Assembly (NCBI GenBank): GCA_012026655.1
Contig: JAAILG010000554.1
Location: 1-64,000, forward strand
Direction: 5' to 3'
DNA: 64,000 nt
DNA from: Hydrolagus affinis
Lineage: Eukaryota
The position numbers were made by a program, and so were the translations under genes. Under the pieces are notes generated by a model, which was given only the letters and a program-made list of their open reading frames with translations, had not been told where the DNA came from and did not search any database. Of the stretch, positions 1 to 11,621 are shown piece after piece; within the stretch, counting starts at the first letter, position 1, and each line of letters opens with the position of its first letter.

Positions 1-213
1 CTCGTTACGCTTTTGTAAAATCCGCTGGATACTGGAGTGTGCAATAACTCGAAGACTTGTTTTTTGACCCACATCTTTTCGATAACCATGTGTTGGTGCA
101 TCGTTCATGCGAATGACACACTCCGTTTTGTCAATCTCAGTGCCTCGATTGCTCCCAGTAAGGTGTCCAGAGCTGGTAACCAGTGCACAATTTTTACAGT
201 GTATTTTTAGAGG
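1..213 (-). CDS. ST6GALNAC5: ST6GALNAC5 coding exon 3, partial (runs off the window start); contains sialylmotif L
   Basis: Acceptor gtttgtttttcag| (AG at 215-214), then a phase-0 open frame translated by hand as PLKIHCKNCALVTSSGHLTGSNRGTEIDKTECVIRMNDAPTHGYRKDVGQKTSLRVIAHSSIQRILQKRNE. This matches the recalled ST6GalNAc V sequence PLKMHCRDCALVTSSGHLL...ECVIRMNDAPTRGYGRDVGNRTSLRVIAHSSIQRIL. Absent from the ORF track. Confidence 0.97.
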
Positions 214-1599
214 CTGAAAAACAAACAAAAATCATCTTTACCTTTCTGGCAGGCACTAGTAATTGAAGTGCATCCAATATTGTTTTGTTAAAGGAAAACA
301 CAAAGCAGATATACATTTTCTCAATTTGCTGCTACTCACTATCAGGATGCCCAATTCGGGAAGGTGTGTGTGAATATGCATACATATCCATGTACTCATA
401 CCCACTTTAGTAAGGCAGAACTTATAAGAGATGAACCCTGCACGATACAATTCTATTCCCTCCTCATCCAGATTCAATTTGAACAATTAGCTACTCAGCT
501 CATTGTTGTGCACAGGCAAATTTAGCTGCTACATACCATTCACTTTGTTTCAAATTAATTTTACTTTATAAAATACTCCAAGGCATTTCTTTTTTTTTAC
601 AATGAAAGGAGCAATCTTAACTACTGTAGTTTTTTTTACAATAATTATCCTAAATTTGCCAATAGCTTATGTCAGTTAGACCACAGAGTATGGCTAAGAA
701 CCGTTGGGACCATTGTAAATGCACCTAACTTGGTGTGAATCCTCTTTTACGGGATTCGCTGCAACAAGTTTCTTGGCATGGGCACAGCAGCAAACAGGAG
801 GAGATAAATTATTCTATTTGAAGAATTCATGGAGTCACTTGAAGGACAAATTATCCTCAGTGAAAATATGTTTTCCTTTTGCTCGGTGGATGAGGAAGCA
901 GTGAAAATAAGTGTGCAGGAGATAAGGGCAAGGGAACACTACCAATTCTCGAAAATCATATCTAATTTATTTTTCACAAAAAGCACTGGCTGTGTTGATC
1001 CACAGACAGTGAGTTGAATAAGGAGGGATGACTGGTGGGGGGCATAACTAAATCCTTGGATACAAGTCTAACTCCCAACGTAAGGCAGCATATTCCTTAA
1101 AATTAAGACCTCAGAGATACTGTGCTAGGAGCTGGGAGTACATACATTAAAATGCAATAAGTGAATTCAGAGTACACATGCAATTGACTGGAAAGAGAGT
1201 TTGTCAATCCCCGGCACAGGTCAAAAAGCAGCTACACACAGATTGCTTAACTCTGTGAAGTGCCACCAGAGATGTCAGCAGAGACGAGATGTTGAAATCA
1301 GAGTGCGGTGAAGTTCAACTTCCAACATGGAGAACATTGCCACTGCCAGGTCCCTGTTCTATTAAAGCAGACATTTTTCTTACACGATCCTTTGTAATAG
1401 TTACGCACGCTCTTTGCAGCTTTTAAGATTTTCCCTTGTGGATTATATACAAACTGCCAATAAAACAAACCAAGATTTTCTAAAACAATTTATTTTGGGC
1501 AATGTTTTGGTTGCCCATGGTGACTGATTATAACATGGGGGGAGTGAAACACATTTCCAGATTTCTTTTAATATTTTACTATAATAATAACAAAAATCA

Positions 1600-1727
1600 T
1601 AAATAAATCTTGCATTTGTTATAGTGCCTTTCATGTCAGGAGGATGTCTCAAAGAGCTTCCCAGAATTTACTGGGAATTCAGTGTGTCTCAAATGTATTC
1701 ATTATGAGATGGCAGCCAATTTGCACT
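1600..1727 (-). mobile_element. Older SINE 3' fragment
   Basis: Reverse complement of the family tail and of GTGCAAATTGGCTGCC. Confidence 0.7.
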
Positions 1728-2735
1728 CAAAGCTAAGAAGTTGAATGAGCATTATATCTACGCTATTGTTTGCCAGGTCATTGGGAAAAACCCATCTCAA
1801 CATCGTTATCAAATGGTTTAAAATCAAAGACATTACCAGATTTCAAAAACACGCTTATCTTAACCTGTCTTAATAAATTGTGCAATTTTATACTATATGC
1901 CCATGTTCACCATTTATTTAGTACTTACATGCATCCACTAATTACCATTGAAAACTGGAACTTTCTAAACATTATGAGTGAAAGGAATTATCAATCAATT
2001 CTTGAAACAGAGAATCTAAAAATGGATATCTAACTATAACAAATTATATTTTCCCTGAAATGTAATTTATTTACATCAATTCCTGCCTAATAATTCCAAG
2101 GATTGTTATAATAAAGAAGAAATGATCTCGTTGATTTATTTTTAAATGTGTGACCAAACTCACCATTAATGTTCTGTCTAATATTACTTGAATGCTCCAT
2201 CCTGTACTATACCGACTATAACAAAGTTATAAGCTTTCTAAGGAAGTGGTCAGTGGAAGGGATAGGCAGAATGCCTATCCTATTAGAAGCAAGATGTTTG
2301 ATACAATTTACATGCAAACATAATTACTTATCACATAGGTTATGATGAGCTAAAATATATTCATAATTTCTTAATGGAAATTCTTAATATAATATTTACA
2401 TTCATTTCGCTCACAGCGATTGCAGACTGCATTGATAAATTGTACCTGTCAGGCAGGAGACACTATGCGGTGAAACAATTCGGACAAGATTTCACATGAA
2501 GCAACAATGAGCAGGCAACGCATTAAGTGAATTACACTTCACACATTAAGCATGGTAAACAGTTTTGATAACATTTATTATGGTGAATGCATGGAGCAAT
2601 ATCTGCCACCTATTGCAATGAATTCTGCATTATTTGGTTAATTATAACTTAGTGGCAGCAAGCAGTTCCAATTTGAATTTTGTTTGCCAGGAGCGAGGTG
2701 AGGGGTTTTATAAGTCATTGTATCCTCATGTGTTT

Positions 2736-2891
2736 GTCACCATTGCTGTTTGTGGGACATTGCTGTGTGCAATTGGCTGCTGAAGTTCGCTCACAAAATG
2801 CACAGTCAATTCACTTTACAGTAAAGTATATCCTATAAAATGCTTTGAGAAGTCTGGAAAAGTGATATAACAAATGCAAGTATTATTATTA
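2736..2891 (+). mobile_element. SINE 3' half
   Basis: GCTGTTTGTGGGACATTGCTGTGTGCAATTGGCTGC...CAAATGCAAGTATTATTATT. Confidence 0.85.
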
Positions 2892-3817
2892 TGGTATGAG
2901 ACGAGATGGTTTTGTGAACAAAAGCAACGACTCTATCTTAAGAGTCTCTCATCTGCTGGTCTAGATTGGTTCATTTCTTCTAGTGCACTGGATCTGGTAC
3001 ACTATATTTGGCCTCAATTGCATCAAAGGCGTAAATCAACTAAGATTCCTTCTACTATTGATCACTGTCCAATCCTGCTGGAAAAGCACAATGAAAGTAA
3101 AGGAATGATCAGGTTTGACTGTAATGTATCTTATGTTGAACACTCTCATGGCATTCCTTATTTAGGCTAAAATTTGATCAATGACAACTTTTTGAAGGTT
3201 GCAGGTTGATTTCAGAAATGTACTCAGAAGCAAGAATATCTTAAAGATGCCTAAATAGCTACAGAAGTGATTTTGTCAGATATCCCAGTTAAAATATTGC
3301 TCTTTTAGGTCTAACAGAATGCATAGGATTTATATCCTAGTTGAAATACTAGTAGATTTTTAGATTTGAATTAATGGATTTCTAGGCCAATGGATTCTGC
3401 AGAACAAATTACCAGAAGACTTAGTAGCAGGCTTAATGAAAATCTATGATATTTTCAAAATTCTTTAAGTTGTGGTGGAAGAAGTTAGTTTGATCAATCA
3501 AATTAGATGCAGCAATTTAAAAATAAATATTTCAAATAAACCTGAGACCCAGTAAAGATTTTATTGAATACCATGACAGGATAAAAATAAACCAAAGTTA
3601 TCAACCAGATTAATGGTTTCAGAAGAGAAAATATTCATGGGGAGAAAATGTTTCTGAGGCAAGAAGAAACATGCATCATGTTGAAAAATGCCTCTAATAT
3701 AAGGCAAAGAATATAATAAGGATGGTGTTTATGGACTAGGCTACTGCAACTGAACAAATGCTGCCATGCAGCAAAAGTCATTTGAACTATTTGCATTATA
3801 AAGACATTACAATATAT

Positions 3818-4095
3818 TAATAATAATCCTTGCATTCGATATTGCACTTTTCACATCATTTGTGAAATGTTTGTGAAAGCATATTGTGGGTGAAACGTGG
3901 CAGCCAATTGTGCACAGCAGTATCCCACAAACAGTCAAGGATTGAAATAACCAATATTATTCTTAAGTTTTTTTTTGACGGATTATTGTTAGGCGTGTGG
4001 AGTAAGGAAACTTGTCCAAGGTTTCGCCCTGACCTGCCTGGATTTGAACATAGTTGTAAGGCGAGTGCTCTAACCACTAAGCTACAGGATTCCAC
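3818..4095 (-). mobile_element. tRNA-derived SINE, near full length (dominant family in the window)
   Basis: Head GTGGAATCCTGTAGCTTAGTGGTTAGAGCAC (A box), body ACTGTTTGTGGGATACTGCTGTGCACAATTGGCTGCC and an AATGCAAGGATTATTATTA tail. Homologous to many other copies in the window. Confidence 0.9.
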
Positions 4096-4524
4096 AATTG
4101 CAACGCTGTAATTTCCTTTGATATTTGACATCTGCACATCAATTTCAACATATTTCTTTGTACAGTAACTCAAATTGAAATACATATGCCTGTTTTTATA
4201 ACAACCATATTATCTGTGATATTCTCTCCCACACCCATTTTAGTGGTGCTTTTTATGGCTATTGGTTTATTAATTATAATAGTCTTTGCATGTGATACTA
4301 GCACCTTATTTTGTCAAAATATCTAAAAATGTTTCAGAGTTCTCTGTAATGTTTAGTGACTGTATTTTTAAACAAATGCACGAGTTACCAATTTGCACAC
4401 ATCGTCCTACAAACAGCTATGCAGCCTTTATTAAAAAAAACTGGAGAATTATTGGCCAGAACATAAGGAGAAACTTACTTCTTTTTTTAATATATATTAC
4501 CATCGAATCTTTAATGATCAGAAT

Positions 4525-4680
4525 AGGTAGATGGGGCCTTGGTTTAATGGCTCATCAGCAGAGCAGCACGTTCGACAAAGCTGTGCTCCCACAAGTTAGG
4601 CTATGAGCTAAACTCCCTAACATGGAGCTTGAAACCACAGTCTCTCAGTTCAGAGAGACCACTTCTTCCAACCGAGTTAA
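4525..4680 (-). mobile_element. Deu-domain SINE 5' fragment
   Basis: AGATGGGGCCTTGGTTTAATGGCTCATC...GCACGTTCGACAAAGCTGTGCTCCC is the reverse complement of a Deu core, followed by a remnant of the tRNA head (GAGCTTGAAACCACAG). Confidence 0.65.
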
Positions 4681-5840
4681 GAGTGTTTAGTGGAATGTAC
4701 TTTTGTAACTTGGTGTAATAGAGAAACTTCTCAAGTGGTCAGTAGTTTAATGGAACAGGTTCCTGTAACAATTGTGACCATCACCAGATGCCAGACATGT
4801 TTTCTGATTCTATCGGTGCAGTCTTTTAACATTTGTATTAAAATGCACCCATTTTATATGGATTCTCTCGTCACCCATGTGTCTAGCACATGGATGCAAT
4901 ATTGAAATATTTAACAGCTATTAAATAATTCCAATAATATGTAAGTTACATTTATAAGGCTGTTAGTTCAAACAAAAATATTTATTCAAAGACAGCTTTG
5001 TGCCCTCACCGTGCCTTGTCTCTAAAGATAAAGGGTCAGATTGCACCCACAACGGCAACAACATTCACCCCTGTGGCCTTATGGCTTAGCAGAGATAAAA
5101 AAAACAATCCCGCACCAAAATAGACTGTGTTTTGCAATCGTGACTCACAGAGGAAGAATAATGTTTTAGCTCCACAACTTGACATAATGAAAAACAAATC
5201 TAAAATAGATTTTACAACTGGATTTCAGCCAGTGTATTGAACCAAAGCGACAACTGACTTAACTTTCCCAACCCTTTCTTCATACTTAGAATACTTTCAA
5301 TGTGATTTATTTAATAAATATTCTAACCTTGGTTTCAATTAATCCTTTAATTCCATCATGTCTGGTTTATTTTAACCAGTTATGTTTTTCTTATTTCCCT
5401 TAAAGCCTTGTATATCTCTACCTTCTGATTTTCTTTAATGGATTGCTACTGTCTTTATTATAACAAATTTGGTTACAATATTGCTTCTGTTTAATGAAAG
5501 GGCTCTATTGAATAAATACTTGCACTAGGAAATATCATAATATAAAGCATCACTCACAAAGCAATATGAAATTGTTATCATTCAGAATTATTTGAGAGCA
5601 AGAGAACAAATAGTAAACGTGCCAAAGTATGATATGACCTTGCTCTTTCCAACAGTAACATTCTAAATCTATCAAAATAGTGGCCAAAAATGCAGAGTTG
5701 GGGAAAAAAACGATGATCAGAGCTCCCTGTAAATGTTTAATCAATATCATTTATGGTACCTTAATTCAACTGAAATTTGTTTACTTGTGTAAATAAAAGA
5801 GTTAAGTTTGTATGAGTTTTGAGAAATCAAACGTTATAAC

Positions 5841-6090
5841 AATAATATAATAATCCTTGCATTTGATATAGCGCTTTTCACATTTTCTAGATGTCTCAAA
5901 GCGCTTCACAGAATATACTGTAAAGTGAATTGACGGTATATTTGTGGGCGAAACACGGCAGCCAATTGGAACAGCAGTGTCCCACAAACAGTCGTGGATT
6001 GAAGTGACCAATTTATCATTGAATTTTTTTTAAGGAATTATTATTCGCTGTGTGAAGTAAGGAAACTTGCCCAAGGTTTCACCCTGCCTG
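5841..6090 (-). mobile_element. Same SINE family, head truncated
   Basis: Shared body and 3' tail GAAGCGCTTTGAGACATCTAGAAAATGTGAAAAGCGCTATATCAAATGCAAGGATTATT. Confidence 0.9.
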
Positions 6091-6133
6091 AAATATAACT
6101 GCCTGAAATATAACTGCCTGGAATATAACTGCC
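6085..6133 (+). repeat. 15-bp tandem repeat TGCCTG(A/G)AATATAAC, about 3.3 copies
   Basis: Read directly; abuts the truncated SINE end. Confidence 0.9.
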
Positions 6134-7231
6134 ACAACAAGTACCTGGAACTGCTTTACAAATGCAATTTAAATTACAGGTCATTTGGAAAGAACTCTAT
6201 TCATCCTCACCCAATGGTCATCAGTGCCATGTCATGACATCAGTGTCATCAGTTATGGATGATGATATTGAAACATGTTTCGGGAATGTAGTTTGATACT
6301 TTGATATGCTTAAAATAGAAAAGAGGATTGAATAAGCTACAAAAATCAGAGACGTTCGTACGTCTACCGGTCACTTTCAGCTCTAGAAAGAAATACCGGT
6401 AATATCAAAGTTTTAATTGCAAAATTACAAATGTTGCCTAATTTTGATTTAATGTTGACATAATATTTTCTTGGCACTCTGCAGTCATTAGAATGATACT
6501 TTAGAATGGAATCGAATGGAATATACAGCTTTGATCATAGTTTGATTCATTAATTCAGCAGTGACCAACCAAGTGTGATGCATGAGAGTGCATGAGAGCT
6601 ACTACTCTAAAGTTAGTACCAATTGCAAATCAGATTGCAATTATAATTAATAATTAAAACAAAAAGCTCATTCTTGAAATCAAATAGTCATTTTTTTTTG
6701 CTACAATGACCCCCAATATGCAAATACCTACAAAGCACATTCATCTGATTTATTGCTGCCTAAAGTAAACATGGCAAACCCACTTGAAAATGAACATATT
6801 TTACAATGTGCAAGTGGATTCTGAAGTGTGGAATTATTTTTTCCAGACACCTTTGATGTAGGCACTTGTCCATTTCTCCATATGTATTGCACTGCATGGA
6901 ACTGAACTGGTAAAGCAGGGGGTTTCATTTCATGTCAACTTATGGGGAAATTCTAAATCAATGCAGATCACTGAGGTTGTGGTTCATCATTGTACTGCAT
7001 AATAACCTAACATGGAAATAGAAAATCTCCCATTACATTCAATCAGATTACTACTACTAACATTGGAAACCTCCTGAGGATTTACCTAGGGTTCGTATCC
7101 TTTTTCATATCCTCGCATTCAATTAGATAATTCTATATTTGTCTTTTTAACTACTTGAGTGAATATACAAAATGTGAATCATTCCTATCATAGGGCCTCA
7201 AATTTAAAAACCTATTTTGAAGTAATTTCAG

Positions 7232-7852
7232 AGAATCATAGAATATTACAGCAACAGAAGGAAGCTATTCAGCCGAATGTGCCTATGCCGGCTCTTTGAA
7301 AGAGCTATTGAATCAGTCCCAATGCCTCGCTCTTTCCCCATGTCCTTGCAAATCTTCCCTCTCCAAGTATTTATCCAATTTGCTTTTGATAAGTTGTTAT
7401 TGAATCTTTTTCCAGCATCTGGTTCTCCTCATCTCCCCTTTGATTTTTTTGCCAAGTACTGTACTTTGAATTGATGTCCTCTGGTTACTGACCCACCTGC
7501 CGGTGGAAGCTTTAAATCTACTCCATTAAAACCCTTCAGAATTTTGAGCACCTCTATTAAATTTCCCATTACCCCTCTCTGCTCTAAGGAGAACAATCTT
7601 TCTCTAGTCTCACCATATAACTAAAGTCCCTCATCCCTGGTACCATTCTGGTAAACCTCCTCTGTACCCTCTCCAAGGCCTCAAGATCCTTCTTAAAGTG
7701 TGGTGCCTAGAATTGGACACAATACTCCAGCTGAGGCCAAAAGACTTATAAAAGTTTAGCAGAACTTATTGCTTTTGTACTCAATGCTACTTATAAAGCC
7801 AAGAATCCCATATGCCTTTTTAAAAACAGTTCTATCAACCTTTCCTGCCACC
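7232..7852 (-). mobile_element. CR1 LINE 3' fragment (ORF2 C-terminus, 3'UTR and tail)
   Basis: Minus-strand translation [39 protein letters not shown], a CR1 hallmark. Ends in an ATTCTATGATTCT-type tail. Confidence 0.9.
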
Positions 7853-9438
7853 GGGCATAATACAATTCCCAACAGGAACCAGAGTTACATTGTTGAAAGA
7901 GTGCTGAGTTGGTTTGACAAACATTACTCTTGAAACATATTTATATGCACACAACGCAACTATGATAAGCCTGAGCATGGACCGCTGCACTGTAATTGTG
8001 GAGCAAGCTGATCAAGAGTCCAAACCAGAGTGCTAATTAAAAGAGGGGTTTTGACAATCTCATTTCCAGAAACGACTATCTTTTCTGCCTTTTTTTTTGA
8101 AGTGGGTGGGGAGGGAATACAACACACTTTCACATCACTGGGATCTGATCAGCGCACTCCACCGATCACATTTAACACTTATTGTGGAAAAGAATTAGCC
8201 TCCGGGATGCTCAATAACGAGCATTTTTAATCAATGAAACCTGCAGCAAATATTCCATAGTCCATTACTGTGCATCAATCAGACTTAGTGGAAATTATAC
8301 TGATATTGATGAGGTCAAAATTCCTTAAGTGAAAGGTTGATATATATTTTCTAAATGGCAATGCAGGGTGTTCTCAAATGATTCACCCGTGCCAAAGAAA
8401 CCAGGTCAGTTCCATTTCAATTCACTTAAGGCTACCTTAAGTGAACTCAACCCAAAAGGCAATGATGGTACTGAGATTAACTGTAGGTGTAAACTCATCT
8501 AGCATTCCTGCTATTAATAGCTATTCTACGACCCCTTTGAAGTCAATGTGTGGATAGCAGAGGAGGAAAGCATTAAGTTTGGCTGTGGTTGTGATGTCTG
8601 CTGTCGTTAAATAGCCTGCCAAAACTCACAGTGAAGGTTGACACGTGAATAATGGCCACTCGGGTGGTTGTAAAATCATACCCAATAGAAAAATAATATA
8701 CAAAATGCCATCACAAGAAAAAAAATATAGTGGTGGCGGTGGAGGAGGAAGGAATCCAGAACTGGACCTTGGTGAATATGTTAACATTAACCATCTTTGC
8801 ATGAATGATGTGGTGATGCTTTCATGTCAATTAGCCTGGATCTCTGTGGAAAAGCACAAACCCAAGAAACGACATCAGGCACAGCAATTGAAATGAAAGC
8901 TAATAGTTATGGGTTTCTCCCTGCAGCAGCACCACATTTTAATGAGAATAATATAAAACAAAAAGGTACTTGTTAATTAATGGAAAATCAAGACTTGTAA
9001 AGTACGAGCAGTTTGATTACCATTACCTGTGCTGATTACCATGCAGAAAGTGGTTCATTAGTAGCAGGAATATTTTATACATGGCTAAGTTTCCTATATT
9101 TCAGTCTTTTGAGGATGAAGAGGTTGCACTCCAAATAACTCACCAGTGTTGTGAAATGTTTTGATGTTTAGTTAAGGTTACTCATTTTCAAAGCTTTCCC
9201 CAATGGACGAATGCAGATCAGTAACAGTAGTTACTTGGTGTTTTGAAAAAGGGAGAGAATTTTTTTGGAAAAAAAAGCCATTAATATGTGTTCAGTGTCT
9301 TTAATTCTTTCCCACTAACACCCCGGGGGTAAAATTATACCAGATCTACATTGCTTATTCAAAGCAAGATAAAGTACACCTGCATCAGAGTCCAAACCAC
9401 TTTCAAGCTTTGTAGCCTGCTGACAGATGACAGTGAGT

Positions 9439-9458
9439 GAGAGAGAGAGAGAGAGAGA
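9439..9458. repeat. (GA)n microsatellite
   Basis: Read directly. Confidence 0.9.
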
Positions 9459-9808
9459 GGGGGAGACGAGAGGATATTAACGTTCACAATGGTTGAAGCA
9501 CAATGCTGTTGACATGAGCTGGTTAGCACAGAGTGAAAATATAGTGGTACCAATTATTTTTACACAGCATTAAAAAAAAATCCCTCCTGGTTTACCCCCT
9601 GATCAGTAAATCACATTTGCTACAGGCTGATTTTGACTTTCCAACCTTCAAACAGCACCTCGGAGTACATACAGTACAGTGGATTATTTTCCAGAGATCA
9701 GTGCCCACTCCTGTGTAATACAAGCTAAACCCTCAAGTACTGCTGTTTCAGTCTGCTCCAACACCCATCAGCTCAGTAAATTACCCTCACTTTTCTTTTA
9801 GTATACAG

Positions 9809-9828
9809 TATATATATATATATATATA
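9809..9828. repeat. (TA)n microsatellite
   Basis: Read directly. Confidence 0.9.
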
Positions 9829-10063
9829 TTTGGGGGAGGGGGTGCGATTTGGGGTATTTCTATTCTATTTCTTTATTGTATTGTAAAGAGTTTTCTTTAA
9901 ATACAACTCTATCTTTTTTTGGGAGGGGTGGGGAGGCTGGTGGGTGTTGGATTCAGATGAACTACAATCACATACATAACATGAAGGTGTTGGGGGTGGG
10001 AGGGGAAGGGGGGTGGGGGGGGGGGAATTCAGCCAAATACAGATCTGATCTGGTTCGATTTAC

Positions 10064-10255
10064 CTTGTGATCAATAAAGTTGCTGTATCCACGGAGCAGC
10101 GGGGACTGTGGCTGTGTGTGGCTCTGTTTGCCTCTGCTCTCCTCCTCTTGTCCTCTGTCAGGCTGGTGGGACTGGGTCTGATATCTGTTGGAGCTGTATA
10201 TGGCCAGGAAGCTCGCACACACGAAAACACCCAAGAAAACAACGATTCCATGTCT
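10064..10255 (-). CDS. ST6GALNAC5: ST6GALNAC5 coding exon 2 (type II signal-anchor TM helix and stem), 192 nt, phase 0/0
   Basis: Acceptor gtgcgtttag|AGA and donor AAG|gtaaat. Translation RHGIVVFLGVFVCASFLAIYSSNRYQTQSHQPDRGQEEESRGKQSHTQPQSPLLRGYSNFIDHK resembles the recalled RHGLAVCLALTTMCTSLLLVYSS...LDGYLGVADHK and joins in frame to PLK of exon 3. Confidence 0.93.
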
Positions 10256-10299
10256 CTAAACGCACCAGGAATACAAAAGCACTTTGAAATTTGCTTGTG

Positions 10300-10440
10300 N
10301 NNNNNNNNNNNNNNNNNNNNNNNNNNNNNNNNNNNNNNNNNNNNNNNNNNNNNNNNNNNNNNNNNNNNNNNNNNNNNNNNNNNNNNNNNNNNNNNNNNNN
10401 NNNNNNNNNNNNNNNNNNNNNNNNNNNNNNNNNNNNNNNN
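10300..10440. other. Assembly gap (141 N) inside ST6GALNAC5 intron 1
   Basis: Run of n characters. Confidence 1.
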
Positions 10441-10795
10441 AAAAATAAGGAGGTTACAGTACTGTAGTTTGCAAAGTCAAATGAGGACCGTTTCGAAGCT
10501 GACTTAATGTAGACACTCGGGTTAAAACGCGTGGCAACATAGCAGGTGAAATCGACTGGCTGAAGTCAGCTATACCGTTGCTCTACATTTATTGTTTTTT
10601 GTTAAATTTTAAAATTACAATAAGAAAAAGTTCAAGTTGCAATCAGAGTTAACCTTCAGCTCGTCTCATTCCCCACCACCCCCTCACTTGCAATTTTACG
10701 GGAGCATGCGAGGGAATCATACAATAATAATGTACATATTATTTTTAACACACACACACACATATCCATCAATAAAATAGTTGCCCGCAAAATAC

Positions 10796-10810
10796 CACCA
10801 GCCTCTTCAT
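10796..10810 (-). CDS. ST6GALNAC5: ST6GALNAC5 coding exon 1 (MKRLV, 15 coding nt)
   Basis: ATG AAG AGG CTG GTG|gtattt with a phase-0 donor. Equivalent to the recalled five-codon MKTLM start that precedes RHG in mammals, and it lies next to a G/C-run-rich promoter-like zone. Confidence 0.85.
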
Positions 10811-11500
10811 CTCTGTGACTGTTGTTCTGATCCCACTGGCTTGTGCATCATCCGTGGGCACTTCTCCCCGCAACTGTGTTCAGGGAAACACTGGAGAGAA
10901 ATCACACATCCATCCTGCCAATGGTTGCACACGAGGAGATGCAAATAAAAAGAGAGAGAGAGAGAGTGTGCGTTTCTTTGGCAGAGATTATTGACTGAGA
11001 ATCTCAAACTGTTCTTCCGTCTCTCCAGTAACATGCTTATTGTGCAGACCAGACCAGACCCTGGGACTGGCACCAAAGCCAGTGAGCTCCTCCGGGTCCT
11101 AACACCCACCTGCCTGTCGGGCACACAACAATGTTCTTTTGTGATGGTGATCTTCATTTGGGGGGGTGGGGAGTTGGTTGGGGGAGGAGTAGGGGGAGAG
11201 GGGGAAGGAGGAGAGGGAGGTGGGGGGGGAGCTGGTGGGGGGTGGGGTAGGGAGGGAGGAGAGTGAGAGATAGAGTCGTGTGGGAGAGCTGCTGAATGTT
11301 ACCAATTAGTGAATATATTAGGAAAATACATCAGGGCGCCTTGGGGAGAAAGCAAAAGAAGAAGCGACAAATCTTTCATTGTTGAAAAAACGCTCTTCCC
11401 CCCCCCACCCCCCCACCCCCGAAAAAAAAGTGATTTAATCAGCTGACGTATTCCCCCACTTTGATTTTACTATCTGCGCCATGAGGCGACGGGAGGCCAA
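10811..11500 (-). promoter_or_regulatory. Putative 5'UTR and promoter of ST6GALNAC5
   Basis: Directly upstream of the ATG, with locally raised GC, long G-runs (11160-11260), C-runs (11398-11420), a CRE-like TGACGTA (11444-11450) and CCAAT (11302-11306). TSS not determinable. Confidence 0.55.
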
Positions 11501-11621
11501 TTATGTGCGATTGCCCACAAAATAACGCAGTTTACGGTATACCCTGTGAAGCGCTTTGAGACGTCTGAACAACACGATGAGGCTACAGTTTTCCAAATTC
11601 GAGTCATATTATTATTATTAA
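11500..11621 (+). mobile_element. Degenerate SINE 3' fragment just upstream of the ST6GALNAC5 promoter zone
   Basis: CTGTGAAGCGCTTTGAGACGTC and an (ATT)n tail. Confidence 0.65.

Noticed and set aside
5802-6011. Recurring short ORFs with VKRFETS...KRYIKCKDYY-like peptides (also 14232, 57318, 54544)
   Set aside because: Translations of the non-coding SINE tail, not a protein family.
10067-10507. 146-aa + strand ORF with a signal-peptide-like segment
   Set aside because: Antisense shadow of ST6GALNAC5 exon 2, extended artificially through the N gap.
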